This document shows positions 37,673 to 48,488 of a stretch of DNA of 64,000 nucleotides, piece by piece; position 1 is the stretch's first letter; each line of letters starts with the position of its first letter. The notes under the pieces were generated by a model, which saw only the letters and a list, made by a program, of their open reading frames with translations, did not search any database and was not told the DNA's origin. A program made the position numbers and the translations under genes. This DNA comes from Cyanophora paradoxa CCMP329 (taxonomy: Eukaryota > Plantae > Glaucophyta), in contig QPMI01000263.1 of the NCBI GenBank assembly GCA_004431415.1, positions 48,156-112,155 on the forward strand. Reading direction: 5' to 3'.

Positions 37673-38365
37673 CTAGTAAACATTACCTTTGATCATAGAG
37701 AAAAGTATGTAATAGATAGATTTTCCACGGACTTCCAGGAGTCTATTTCTATCGCTACGTTACCGGTAGCTGATATCCAGTTCGATATGGAATCAACTCC
37801 GCCAAAATTCAAATTCATAGCATGCTACATAGAGAGGAAAACTCCAACAGACTTGTGGAAATCATTCATTGATGGTAGATTGTATTCTCAGCTGCAAAAG
37901 CTCAGTGAAACAGGAATTCGTTTCCTACTTTTAGTAGGACCAGAATGTGCTAGTCTGCATACTCACAATTGCCGTGAAAGCTTCCGTCTATTCAATGACA
38001 TCGGCATTCTACACTCCATTCCTACAGTACTAGCAGACTCTGTATCACATATAGAGCAAATTTGCAATAGAGTAAAACAGTCACTTAGTACTGCTACTTG
38101 CTGGCGGCCAATGTTTATGCTTGATAGAACATGTTTAATAGGAGCTTCATCGTTATCTTCTTCAACGTTAACGACAGACCAGAAAATTTTACAAAACATT
38201 ATTTTTCAACTACCACAAATAGGACAAAAAACTTCTTTCCGCATAGCTTCTCAGTATTCTTGTATTGCAGAGTTCCTAAAACTTTTACCTAGCAATTTCC
38301 CCATTCCGAGCATACATATTTCTAAGCAGAAATTGCTTCGTAAGCATTTCCTTGGTACTGAGTAA
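37673..38365 (+). CDS. ERCC4 (XPF/Mus81-family) structure-specific nuclease domain with HhH, in frame with ORF1
   Basis: ITFDHREK (DxRE), TLPVADIQF (LxxG/AD), YIERKTPTDLWKSFIDGRLYSQLQKL (ERKxxxDLxxSxxDGRxxxQ), FLLLVG, and HhH-like QLPQIGQKTSFRIA. The first motifs lie upstream of the first Met (37787). Confidence 0.85.
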   Translation, partial: LVNITFDHREKYVIDRFSTDFQESISIATLPVADIQFDMESTPPKFKFIACYIERKTPTDLWKSFIDGRLYSQLQKLSETGIRFLLLVGPECASLHTHNCRESFRLFNDIGILHSIPTVLADSVSHIEQICNRVKQSLSTATCWRPMFMLDRTCLIGASSLSSSTLTTDQKILQNIIFQLPQIGQKTSFRIASQYSCIAEFLKLLPSNFPIPSIHISKQKLLRKHFLGTE

Positions 38366-41300
38366 TGGTGCCCTCTCAGGTAATTTCGAACTGGATAATA
38401 CAACTTCTCATTTTATGTGCTGTATTATCAACTGCAAATGCGACCAATACCGGATTCGAACATGTGCGCTTCTTAGCAACCAGTCTACAATTACATTTTA
38501 ATACTAATCTGTTTGCAGGACAAGTCTATTGTTGCCTTACTCACCTGCACCAAATGTGCTGCAGTTTATCATCTAACACGATCTTGCAACATAGCGGAAT
38601 GGAAACCCAGTTGCTTACATAATAAAAAACTCATGACGTGGACATGCCTATTATGCAAGGTACGCATTAATATTTGTATATATACATGTACACGATCTGC
38701 AATAAACAGTCTAACATATTCCTAGTTTACCACTTCAACTGTTTTGCGGGAAGACCGTTATGAGTCTCATTTCAAATCACATTTACATACAAGTTCACAA
38801 GACACTGCTGCGAACTTGCACTGGCTTCAATTACATTGCATGAACTGTGCAACAAACAATACACTAACATGGTCTGGACTTGCTGAGTGGGAGCCAACAT
38901 GTGGCCATGAACAAGATGATTACCTCTGGTCATGTTCATTATGTCTGGTAAATTATGCTCACTTGTTTTTACTATTCCATATCTTCCCCACTGATGATCC
39001 AACAGATGGAGAATTTCGTATTATACAAACTTGGAAATATACGACACCACTACGAGTCAAAAAGACATGAAAACAGTACGATGGAAACACTTGCAGGTGG
39101 TGGTCCACGTGCAAAGCGTTCAATGAACCCAGCATTACAAGCAGAAGTGGGAATTGACAGACCGCTTCCAAAATGCAATCAAGAATGCCACGAATTCTTC
39201 CCTCTGTGGCATATACACCCGCTTGCATTTACAACATGTCGACTTGAGCCTCTTCCAAACATTAATGGAAAACAAGGTTACTGCGCTGTTCCTGGCTGTC
39301 AACTGCCCCCCTCCCTATGTCCAACAACCTATACTTTGTGGCCTCCGTATGCTATGGCGCATTGCTGGACATTTCATTCTCAACACATGCATCGTATCCA
39401 GAAACCTACTTTTGCAAACTACCTGCTTCACAGTACGGACAAAGACGTTCAATGGTGTAATGGTGATGGGGATATCATTTTGGCTGCTGACCGTGACAAA
39501 TGGAGACAGCGTCTCTGGGAAAAAATCAACCTCCGTCCTGTCACATACTGCCATTACGATGGCCGCATGCTCTATCCTCACGAAGTTCGCTTTGCAGCTC
39601 CTAACAAGTATCCAGAATTCCATACAACAGTCCCCCAAGCTCCAGGTTACCCATATATTTTACTCAATCTTACCCTACAAATTTTTCATTCAATACAGGT
39701 TCCGTGGCTGGATTTGTCTGTGGGCGATGCTACAACTACATTAAGACCAACAATATCGATTTCTTTAAACCTCTCAACATTCCTTGGGATTATGGACAAC
39801 CACCGGAGTGCATTACAAGTGCATACTCTGGTTGAAATTCATGTTTCTATTAATTCACTGCGTTCAATAGAATTGAACTTCATGGAGCGGTCATGTCTTG
39901 GCGACGTACAATTTATCAGTAAACTAAAGCACAGAGACTGCCTAGGAAACGCCTTTGCATATGCTCATCAAACTGGCCTCGGATATCCGGTTCTTCGTTG
40001 CGCTCAATACGAAGGACTTTCTTCCTTCCCCATTATAAGTGAGTCATTACAGAAGACAAATCCTATTCGGCCGCATGCTGTATTGGAGGCGCGTCAACAT
40101 CTTCAACAAGTACGGCAATCTACATTTGCAATACAGGATCTCCTGACTAGAACCACTCTTCACTCGCAGCCGCGAACTGTGAAATCTGTAATGCAGGAGT
40201 ATTATTCAAAACAGACGGTAGGTTTCTTTTGAACAGTACAATTTACTTATTAACATATTGCACGTGCCGCAGAAAAATATGCCTTCAAATGACACTGAAC
40301 TCAAAATCGTTACCTTACGGCTCTCTTCTGGCAGAACTATTGACATATCTGTTCCCTTGGTTTTACCTTCAACATCCATTCACAAACTCCCGAAGAACCA
40401 TGCAATAGTGCCTGACGAGTTCCTCAAGAACGCTGAAGGTTATGGACTGTTAACTACATCTGCACCATACCATTCTGAAATGGGTGATCAAGACGGCAAA
40501 TTCCCACGTGATCTTTGCATTGCTTTTGAGCAGCGACTGGGCATTCCCCTTCGACTCAAGGATTTCGGTCGACTTGAGTATGAGTTATTTCCACACTTAT
40601 TCTACAATGGTTTAGGAGTCTACAATGGCAGTATATCAGTTCGAGAGCATCTCAAGATAAAACTATGTGGGTATGATGATCGCTTCCGTAACGATCCGAA
40701 GTACATTGCAACAGGCACTTCCTATCTTGATGAGCAGGTCATTCCTATTTCTCTTATTGCACGTTTAAAACAAACACAAACATTTACGACAGTCACTCTG
40801 GGGAATGCCTATGCGCAAAGTAACGCCTACATTTCAGCTGGGTGACACCAACCGATTTGTGAACTCCTCTACCTTTGTTAAAAAGAATGACAAGGGAGAA
40901 ATATTGTACAAGCAAGGACCATCTATCTCTGTTTCTCCAGCATTGCGCGGAAGTGTGCAACGGAAATTGAGTCATCGACATGATATATATGCTTTAGTTC
41001 GCGAACATGGTCCACCACGCTACTTCTACACATATTCAATAAGCAGCAAGTGGCAATTCTGGAAGAATCTTACTAAAGAAGAGCTTCGCTTTCGGCCACT
41101 TGAAACTGTGGAAGGCTTCCGACAGTGGCAGAGAAACATGCAAGAAGGTCTATTTTCAAAGAAATTTGGAGTTTTCCGATATGCAACACACTACTACATT
41201 GTTATCGAATACCAAAAGCGTGGTCTACCACATGTCCACATGCTTGTTTGGGTCGAACCAGGTCAGAGCTCACTTTCTTTTTTGCTCGACTTGTTATGAT

Positions 41301-44300
41301 CCATTCAAATCGTGTAACACAACGTTCAATAGGATCTCCAAGAGTACCAGTAACTGCTTCATTGTCGGATTTCTCTCCTGCTGTACGGGAGCGTGTTATA
41401 CGCAGACACAACATACATGTCTGCCATAAATTATACTGTTTGGCAAACGGTAATGAACTAACTTTGATTATGACGTACATTGTTTTCTTATTGCCCTTAC
41501 CAGGGCCTTGCCGCTTCCATTACCCTCACCCAATACATATTCATGGTAAAGATTGTGAGGATCCCCAGCGCTGCGAGCTACCAGAGCGAAGGACAGAAGA
41601 GGACCGCTACGTTGTGCCCACAAGTAATGACGCTGCTGCTTTCATTCCTTCAAATCAATGTCTTGTGGATCTCAGCGACGATCCCAAAAAGGCTCTTGAA
41701 TTTGTGTACCGCTACATTTCCAAGTATGTAACAAAAGGCGAGCCAACGGAAGACAGCGACATGACAAGAACATTTCTTTCATCACTGCACGAGTCTATTA
41801 CAACAAATGAGGAAAGCAACGTAAGTTTCTCCATTGATTACATTGAGGTTGAATTGATTGATTATGCGCAGGACACTGCTGATAAACCGCCAACATCAAC
41901 AGGGCAACCTGACAAACCTGCAAAAAAGGTACACTAAACCAATCTAATACAATCCTCTTCATTACACATAATTCGAATTTTTCTGCTCAGAAACCAGACT
42001 ATACACAGAAGTATAACAAGCAGGCCAGAAATGATATCAAGCACCGTATTCAAGGCAGCCCTGAAATGATGACAAACATTCTGGGCAGAGTTACCAAGAA
42101 ATCAACAGATGCGGTTCGTTATCTGGAGGTGGCACCCCCGGGACAACGAAACAGATATCTACTCACATTGAAAATCATGCGTGAGCGGTTTCAATTAAGT
42201 CACGATCAAGACCTATCAGCAGAGGACGTAATGTCTGCAACTAAGTGGGAACAGTATTTGAAACGCGACGCCGAATACCACACATACACATACTCCGAAT
42301 TCTGGTCTCAATTTGATAGAGTACGCAACGACTATAAAAAGCGCAACAAACGCATAGTCGTCCGAACTCATATACCCAACATTCATCACAAGCGTGAAAA
42401 CTACTTCTACTTATTGCTGGTCTCATTGTTTCATTGGCCACACGACATAGTCAATTACACGGTACTTTTATTGCGATACTAAAGAAAGCTTATTCAATAT
42501 TATTTACATGCTTTCAGGCGGCAACAGATTACTACGAAGCTCTATTCAACAAACTAATGAGTTCGACACCTGAATTGCAAGAACTGGCTTCATCTATTCT
42601 ACTCAGTGCTCAGACACGTCACACTGACATAAAAATTAATAACCCAGAAATTGATCAGCACCTTTTTGCACGTGGCGAGTTGAAACTCAACTTCATCAAC
42701 GAAGAAATTCCCTACTACTTTACACACCAGTCAGTTGCAGAAACTCTCCAAGATGTCCACGACAGCATTGCTATTGGTGTATCTTCCAGTGACTACATAG
42801 AGCGTCAACTAGCTCTAATCGACCTCGTCCAAGAAGAAGCACAACAATGCATAGGTGGAAAATCTAATTTAAATATAAACAATTATACAACATATATAAC
42901 GACATTTTTACATACATGGTCATGCAGATGATGCGGCGGCCCCAATAGACATAGACGAACAACCCACAACACCGGTTACTCTACAGCCAATGGAAGATTA
43001 TACAACGACAGCAATGGTAATTTTACTACAAAGCTTTTTACTTGAATTCCTACAATTCAATACAATGTTCATGATGCAGGTTGAAGAGAGCACGACTGCC
43101 ACCCCTTCCAAAAGTCTCAAGCGCCGGTTTAATTTCAAGCCGCGAAAGCCACGTTTAAGAAAGCCAAGGAGGACATTCAACCCTACGACTGTTCTCGCAA
43201 CATCTGCAGCCAACGAGGATTCCCCTGGTCTATAATTTATATCACTCTAAATACGACCCGTTATCAAAACACTAACAAATATACACAGATGAAGCAGATG
43301 AATACGAATTGGAAAATTCCATGTCACCAACAGCAATTGACCACCTACTCACCGTTCAATGGAACACAGAACAACAGGCCTTTATACACTCTGTTTTGCA
43401 CAGTACCAACAATCTCTACCTTGCTGGCCACGCTGGAACAGGAAAATCGTTTACTTTGCTCTACTGCATTGCTTCTTTACGGAAATCTGGACGGCATGTC
43501 CGATGCAGCGCTTGGATGCAAAATGCAGCTCAGCGTGTCAGTGGCTACACCGTGGCTTCTCTTACAGGTGTCTATGTTCAAGGCGAGGCTATTGAAACAG
43601 TTGTCAACCGCGTAAAGAACAACAGAAACCTCCAAAATTTTTGGATCGACACTGAAGTCTTCTGCATTGATGAGATTTCAACACTACATGCAGATATATT
43701 TTGCACACTCGATTGTGTCGGCAGAATCATAAGAGAAAAGCAGCTGCCTTTTGGTGGCATGAGACTTGTTATCAGCGGTGATTTTTGTCAGGTAATTTGA
43801 AATTTTACACTTCACGTTATTTCACGTTTCACAAACGTAATACAGCTTCCACCTGTACAACCCAAAGAACCACATCAATCACGTAATACAGGTTCGGGCT
43901 TATCAAAAGAAGTGCACCGGCCCTACGTCTTTACTGGAGAGACATGGGAAAATTGCGACTTTCGAATTTTTGAGCTCACAACTGTTTACCGGCAAAATAA
44001 AGACCCTGGCTTCATTGAAATCGTAAACGAGTTACGGCAAGGTCCGTTTCTTCGTTTTCACTTGCTTTTTCTTGAAAACAAAACCTATCTCTAACCAATT
44101 CTACACAGGAAATCCCCTATCGAACAACATCATTCAGTTCATTCTCTCTAGGATGCAGCCAGTGCCAATTGAAAGGCAGCATGAGCTTATTGATTTGAAT
44201 GGACAGCGCAGGGGAGTTGATCACATTAACCAGCGCCGACTTGAACACCATCCCGGACAACCTGTGACCATCCTGTCTCTTGATGAAAACACTCTCCCAA

Positions 44301-46089
44301 CAGCTGGGACACCTATGGATTTCAACAACACTGGTTTATTACCAGCATTTACTTTCAAGTTCAATGCTCCTGTCGTCCTTCTCAAGAACACCCGTCAAGC
44401 TCGAGTTTTCAACAGCGCAGTGGCAACACTTCTTTTCATGGACAGTACTGTGCGACCTACAGATGATAACATTTATCCAGTGCGAAATCGAATCTTGCGA
44501 GACAAAGTACCTCTTCCATTACGACAAATTCTTGTTGTTCAAGTGCGCATTCACATGGGTTTGAGGCCGACATCCGACTGAAATTTTACAGATGCATGAG
44601 AGTAATGACATTGTCCGTATTCCTGCTTACAAAGCGACTACGAAAAAATACTCCGTAATACACGAAGAATACTACACAATAAGCCGCACACAGTTCCCTC
44701 TTCAATTGGCTTGGGCTGCTACTATCCATCGCCTACAAGGAATCAAAGTCAATGCAATGCGCACCGCTGTTGGACGATCAACAAATTGGGATCCTGGCAT
44801 GACATACACTTCCTGGACTCGAGTCGAATCAGGCAACGATCTTTATTTTCCCATTCCAGCAGGATCCAAAAGACAAGCTTTCGTTGACAACCTACTCAAA
44901 TTTCAGCCGTACACGCACCCACTTGTGAAGCTCGCCATGAAAGTATTTACTCACTACGCCAAAACTCATGAACCATGTCCACGCATTACATCCACTTCCA
45001 CATTCCCAGCAACAATTGTAGGATCCATAGAGTCTACTACTGCATCCGCCGCCCAGCATACAAGATCGGAAACCCTGACAATGGCTTCAATGGGCCCAGT
45101 ACAGTCATCAAATGCTCAGCAGCGCTGCACCTGGTTCATCAACAGTTGCTTTTTTGATGCAAGCCTACTTTGCTTCGAGGCCTGCTACAAGGACGACCCA
45201 GCAGCATGGGATTACAGTTTCGATACCCTACATCCAGCAGAACGGTTACTCTTGTCTTTTTTCAAACAGCTCGACAGAAACTCCATCTCATTAGCAGCAA
45301 TGAACACCACACGAGACACTCTTCGAAAAATGCTGGTTGATGTTGCACATGTCCGCAACAGCAATTCTCCTTACACGACGGAATCCTTTGGAAGCCTCTT
45401 GGAAACTGTAGGCCTCTTCGTGTTTCTATTTCCCAACTTGGCGAAAATTTTCACGACACGGAGAAATGTTCGTCTAACATGTGCCACGTGTGAGTTTGCT
45501 ACAGAATCGGAAGACGCCCTACTACCCTACTTTTCTGTTACACCTGACACAAACAACTCCATCGACCAACCGTGGAATGTTGTTGCACAGCTCCTCCGTA
45601 ATTTTACAGGACATGTACCTACACACCGATTTGCAAGTCAGTGCATTGCCTGCCATGGCGAACTCGAGCCCCATATTACAATCACATCATGGCCTACTGT
45701 CCTTGTGGTTGACATTGGTGGGCCAAGTACTCCTAACAGGCTTCAAAGGTTACCTGAAACAATACAAGTTAGCCCGTTTTCACTACTACTACTGTTGCTG
45801 CTGTTAGAACCCAACTAAATTCGATCAACAGGTACCTAACGTTGGACAGTATAACCTGTGTGCGGTTGCTGGACACCCGCATCTCCATTTCAACGCCATT
45901 GTCAGAATGAAACATTCAAATTACAACTCATTCATCTACAAATACGATGACCTTCCCACAGCCTCTGGTGGCACCAACGGAGCCCTGCTACCCTATTGCG
46001 CCTCGTTTGCTTCTTGCCCCGCTATATCCACTACATTTCCGTTATCACGAGCAGTGGTGCTTTTTTATGTGAAATCCATAGCTTTGTAA
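38365..46089 (+). CDS. Element ORF2: RepHel transposase (zinc fingers, HUH Rep, PIF1 helicase) with a C-terminal USP/peptidase C19-like domain, ~19 introns
   Basis: Rep: FPHLFYNGLG, DDRFRNDPKY, LRGS, GPPRYFYTYS, VIEYQKRGLPHVHMLVW (41201-41251), CRFHYP, YISKYVTKGE (41713-41742). PIF1: GHAGTGKS (43426-43449), IDEIS, PFGGMRLVISGDFCQ|LPPV, LTTVYRQ, RTQFPLQLAWAATIHRLQG. USP: NSCFFDASL, YNLCAVAGHPHLHFNA, YKYDD, AVVLFY. Confidence 0.9.
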
Positions 46090-46320
46090 CAAGTGCCACT
46101 TATTACATGCTACAACGTACACTGCAAAAATAGACGTTACGTATTTAAAGACAATAGACGATCGTAACACATACGCTGTAATACACATTCCGCTGTAGCT
46201 GCCGCTTATTACGTGGAACTTAATACACTGCATACATAGACGATACGTACTCGTAAAATAAAAGGACTCCCCAAGCGATACCAATTACGTCCACGACAAA
46301 AAAAAACCAGACACATATAC

Positions 46321-46380
46321 CCAGCAAGCAAGCGGGGGGGGTGCGGGGGGGGCGGAGCCCCCCCTGCTTGTCTGCACTAG
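46321..46380 (+). other. Right-terminal hairpin and candidate 3' end of the element
   Basis: Stem-loop GGGGGGGC-GGA-GCCCCCCC (~46346-46364), followed by CTTG (46367-46370) and CTAG (46377-46380). Confidence 0.75.
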
Positions 46381-46772
46381 CGCTGCACTCAGATGCTGCA
46401 CTCTGCTGAGACTCTGCAGCTGAGTCTCTGATATCGATTAGACGTCGACCGCAACGATCCACAGCCTGCATCCATCAGCGCTAGCTCAGCGGCTGCTGCA
46501 GTCCTAGTAGCTGCAGGTACTGGCTGCTCAGAACATTTTCGTCCGGTCAGCCGGGCACGCCAGGGGCGCCGGCGAGGTTGATTGCGGAGACGCCGTGCCA
46601 TCATCGTGTATTCTTCTAGCAAGCACAGCGAGCGCGCTTGACCGCCTGCTCACTCGCTCGGCGGGATCTTCCAGAATCAGGATCCAGCCTGCGGCTGGCA
46701 GCCGGCTGGAGCGCTCCGAAGTCTCCGGCACGCGACGGCGCCCTCTCCGCCGTTGCTAGCCCCTGACCGGAG

Positions 46773-48488
46773 ATGGGCGCAATCACTTCCCGGCGAGCTC
46801 GCGTGGAGCCGACGACAGCTGCGGCAGTCGAACCGGATTACGTGACCATCAAACCTGTGCAGAGGCCCCGACAGGCTTCGACGGCCCGCGCTGGCGCTCA
46901 GCAGAGTCAGGTCCCTAGGCCTGACAACCCGCCGGGGGAGCTCGAGGCGAGTGGCGCGACGGAGGGTGTTGGCGTTGTGAGTCGGCTTGGCGCTCTCAAG
47001 GAGCAGATTGCACGCTACATTCAAGAGTACGAGCCCCGGGAGGGCACTGTTCAGGAACGCTCTGCCTGGTACTCTCGCTACTCTGCGAAAGAGGGTGCGC
47101 GGCGCCGCCCGAGCGTCCTCCGAGTCGTCGGCGCGTGCCCGGCGGCCGACGCGTCGGTGGCTGTAGGTTACCGGCTGCTGCTCTCGGCGGGCCTCTCGCT
47201 GCCGGCGCTGGTGGCGCTGGTGAACCACGACCGCTTCGCGAGGCGCTGCGAGGAGTGGGCGCCGGCGCTGCTCGCCCTCGCCCTCTCCGAGCTCGCCGAC
47301 CGCGGCGCTATCCGCCTCGAGCCCTCGAACGGGGTCGCCAACGGAGACCGTGCGCCCTGCCGCGCCCGCCCCGGCCCCGCGCGCCGGAAGCGAGCGCCGC
47401 GCGCAGTGGCGGCGCTCGACTTCGTGGTGGTGCTGGTCCGGTCGGGCGTCGCGCGCGTGCGGTCGCCGCTGCTGAACGACTTGCTGCGCTTCCTGCGGGC
47501 GTCGGGCGGGGCGGCGTCGGCGGCCGGCCTCTGCCGCGCCTACCTCGCCGTCCAGGACATCGGCGTCGTCCACGCCGGCCACGGCGGAGGCTGCTCCCGC
47601 GTGCGCGCCGCCTCCCCCGCCGGGCCGCCCCGCGCCGCCGCCGATCGCGGGCGGGGCGGGGCAGATGGCCTGGGTGGTGGCCGCCGAGCTCGCCGACGCC
47701 GGCCTGAAGCGCACCCTGCGCTCCGCCGTCTCCGCGCCCCGCATCGCCCCCGAGGCGGCGGCGGCGCCGCCGCACCCCCGGGGCGCCCCGTCGAGCGTCG
47801 GCGCGCTGCTGGGGCGCCGCTCGGGCTCGCTGGACCAGGGCTCGACCCTCGTGCAGCCGTTGCGGGAGGCGCTGAAGCGGCCGACGGCGCCGCTGACGGA
47901 GGAGGGGAAGCAGGCGGGGGTGGGGGCGGTGGTGTACGCGCGGGCGGTGCACGAGGCGGAGCGCTGGGGCGGGGCCCTCTCGGCCCTCGCCCCCGCCGAG
48001 CTCGAGGCCTTCCTCGCCGAGTGCGAGTTCGCCCCCGGCTTCGAGCTCCCGCCCTCGCCCGCCCCCTCCCCCGCCCCGCCCCGCCGAGCCCGCCCGGAGC
48101 CGGCGGCGGCAGGAGGCGGGAGGCGGCGTGGGGGTCCCCGGCGCCCTGCTCGGCCAAGGCCTCGCTCTTCCTGCTGGCGCTCTCGGGGAGCAGCGGGGGC
48201 GGCTGGCGCGGCGGGCGGCGCGGCGGGGCCCCCGCGCGAACGTGTGCCGGGCGCTGCCGGGGCTCGCTCGCGACTCGCTGGGCCACGCCGAGCTCCTCTC
48301 CCGCCTCCTTTGCATGAACCACGCGGGCGAGGCCCCCTGGCAGGGCGACCTCCCGTGCGCCCCCGCCCCCCCCCGCCCCCCCCCCCCCGCCCCGCCCCCG
48401 CGCTGAGGGCGCCCGCAGCTGGCAGCACGCCTGGGGGTTCGACTTCTACGCCGACCGCGACTTCTCCGACGCCGACCACGACGACTAG
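46773..48488 (+). CDS. Hypothetical protein, putatively N-myristoylated, with a GPP34/GOLPH3-like motif; paralogue of 49359-51527
   Basis: Starts MGAITS. Contains LSLPALVALVNHDRFARRCEEWAPALLALALSELADRGAIRL...SPLLNDLLRFL...VAAELADAGL. Ends WQHAWGFDFY...DD* at TAG 48486-48488. Confidence 0.65.

Larger units (their letters stand above)
32614..46380 (+). mobile_element. Autonomous Helitron-like rolling-circle transposon, probably Helitron2/Helentron group, ~13.75 kb
   Basis: Abrupt AT-rich island in a GC-rich host. It encodes HUH Rep motifs and a PIF1 helicase in one spliced ORF and has a GC-rich hairpin at the right boundary. Exact termini are ambiguous by ~10 bp. Confidence 0.9.

Noticed and set aside
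37787-38365. Fanzor/TnpB cargo
   Set aside because: The motifs are ERCC4-type; no RuvC triad or CxxC zinc ribbon typical of Fanzor was seen.
43309-44830. Host PIF1 gene
   Set aside because: It is spliced in frame to HUH Rep motifs and lies within the AT-rich element.
32614-46380. Island as contaminant, giant-virus fragment or Polinton
   Set aside because: It has spliceosomal introns, a fused HUH-PIF1 RepHel and a terminal hairpin. No capsid, polB, packaging ATPase, integrase or long terminal inverted repeats were seen. A chimeric join cannot be fully excluded without reads.
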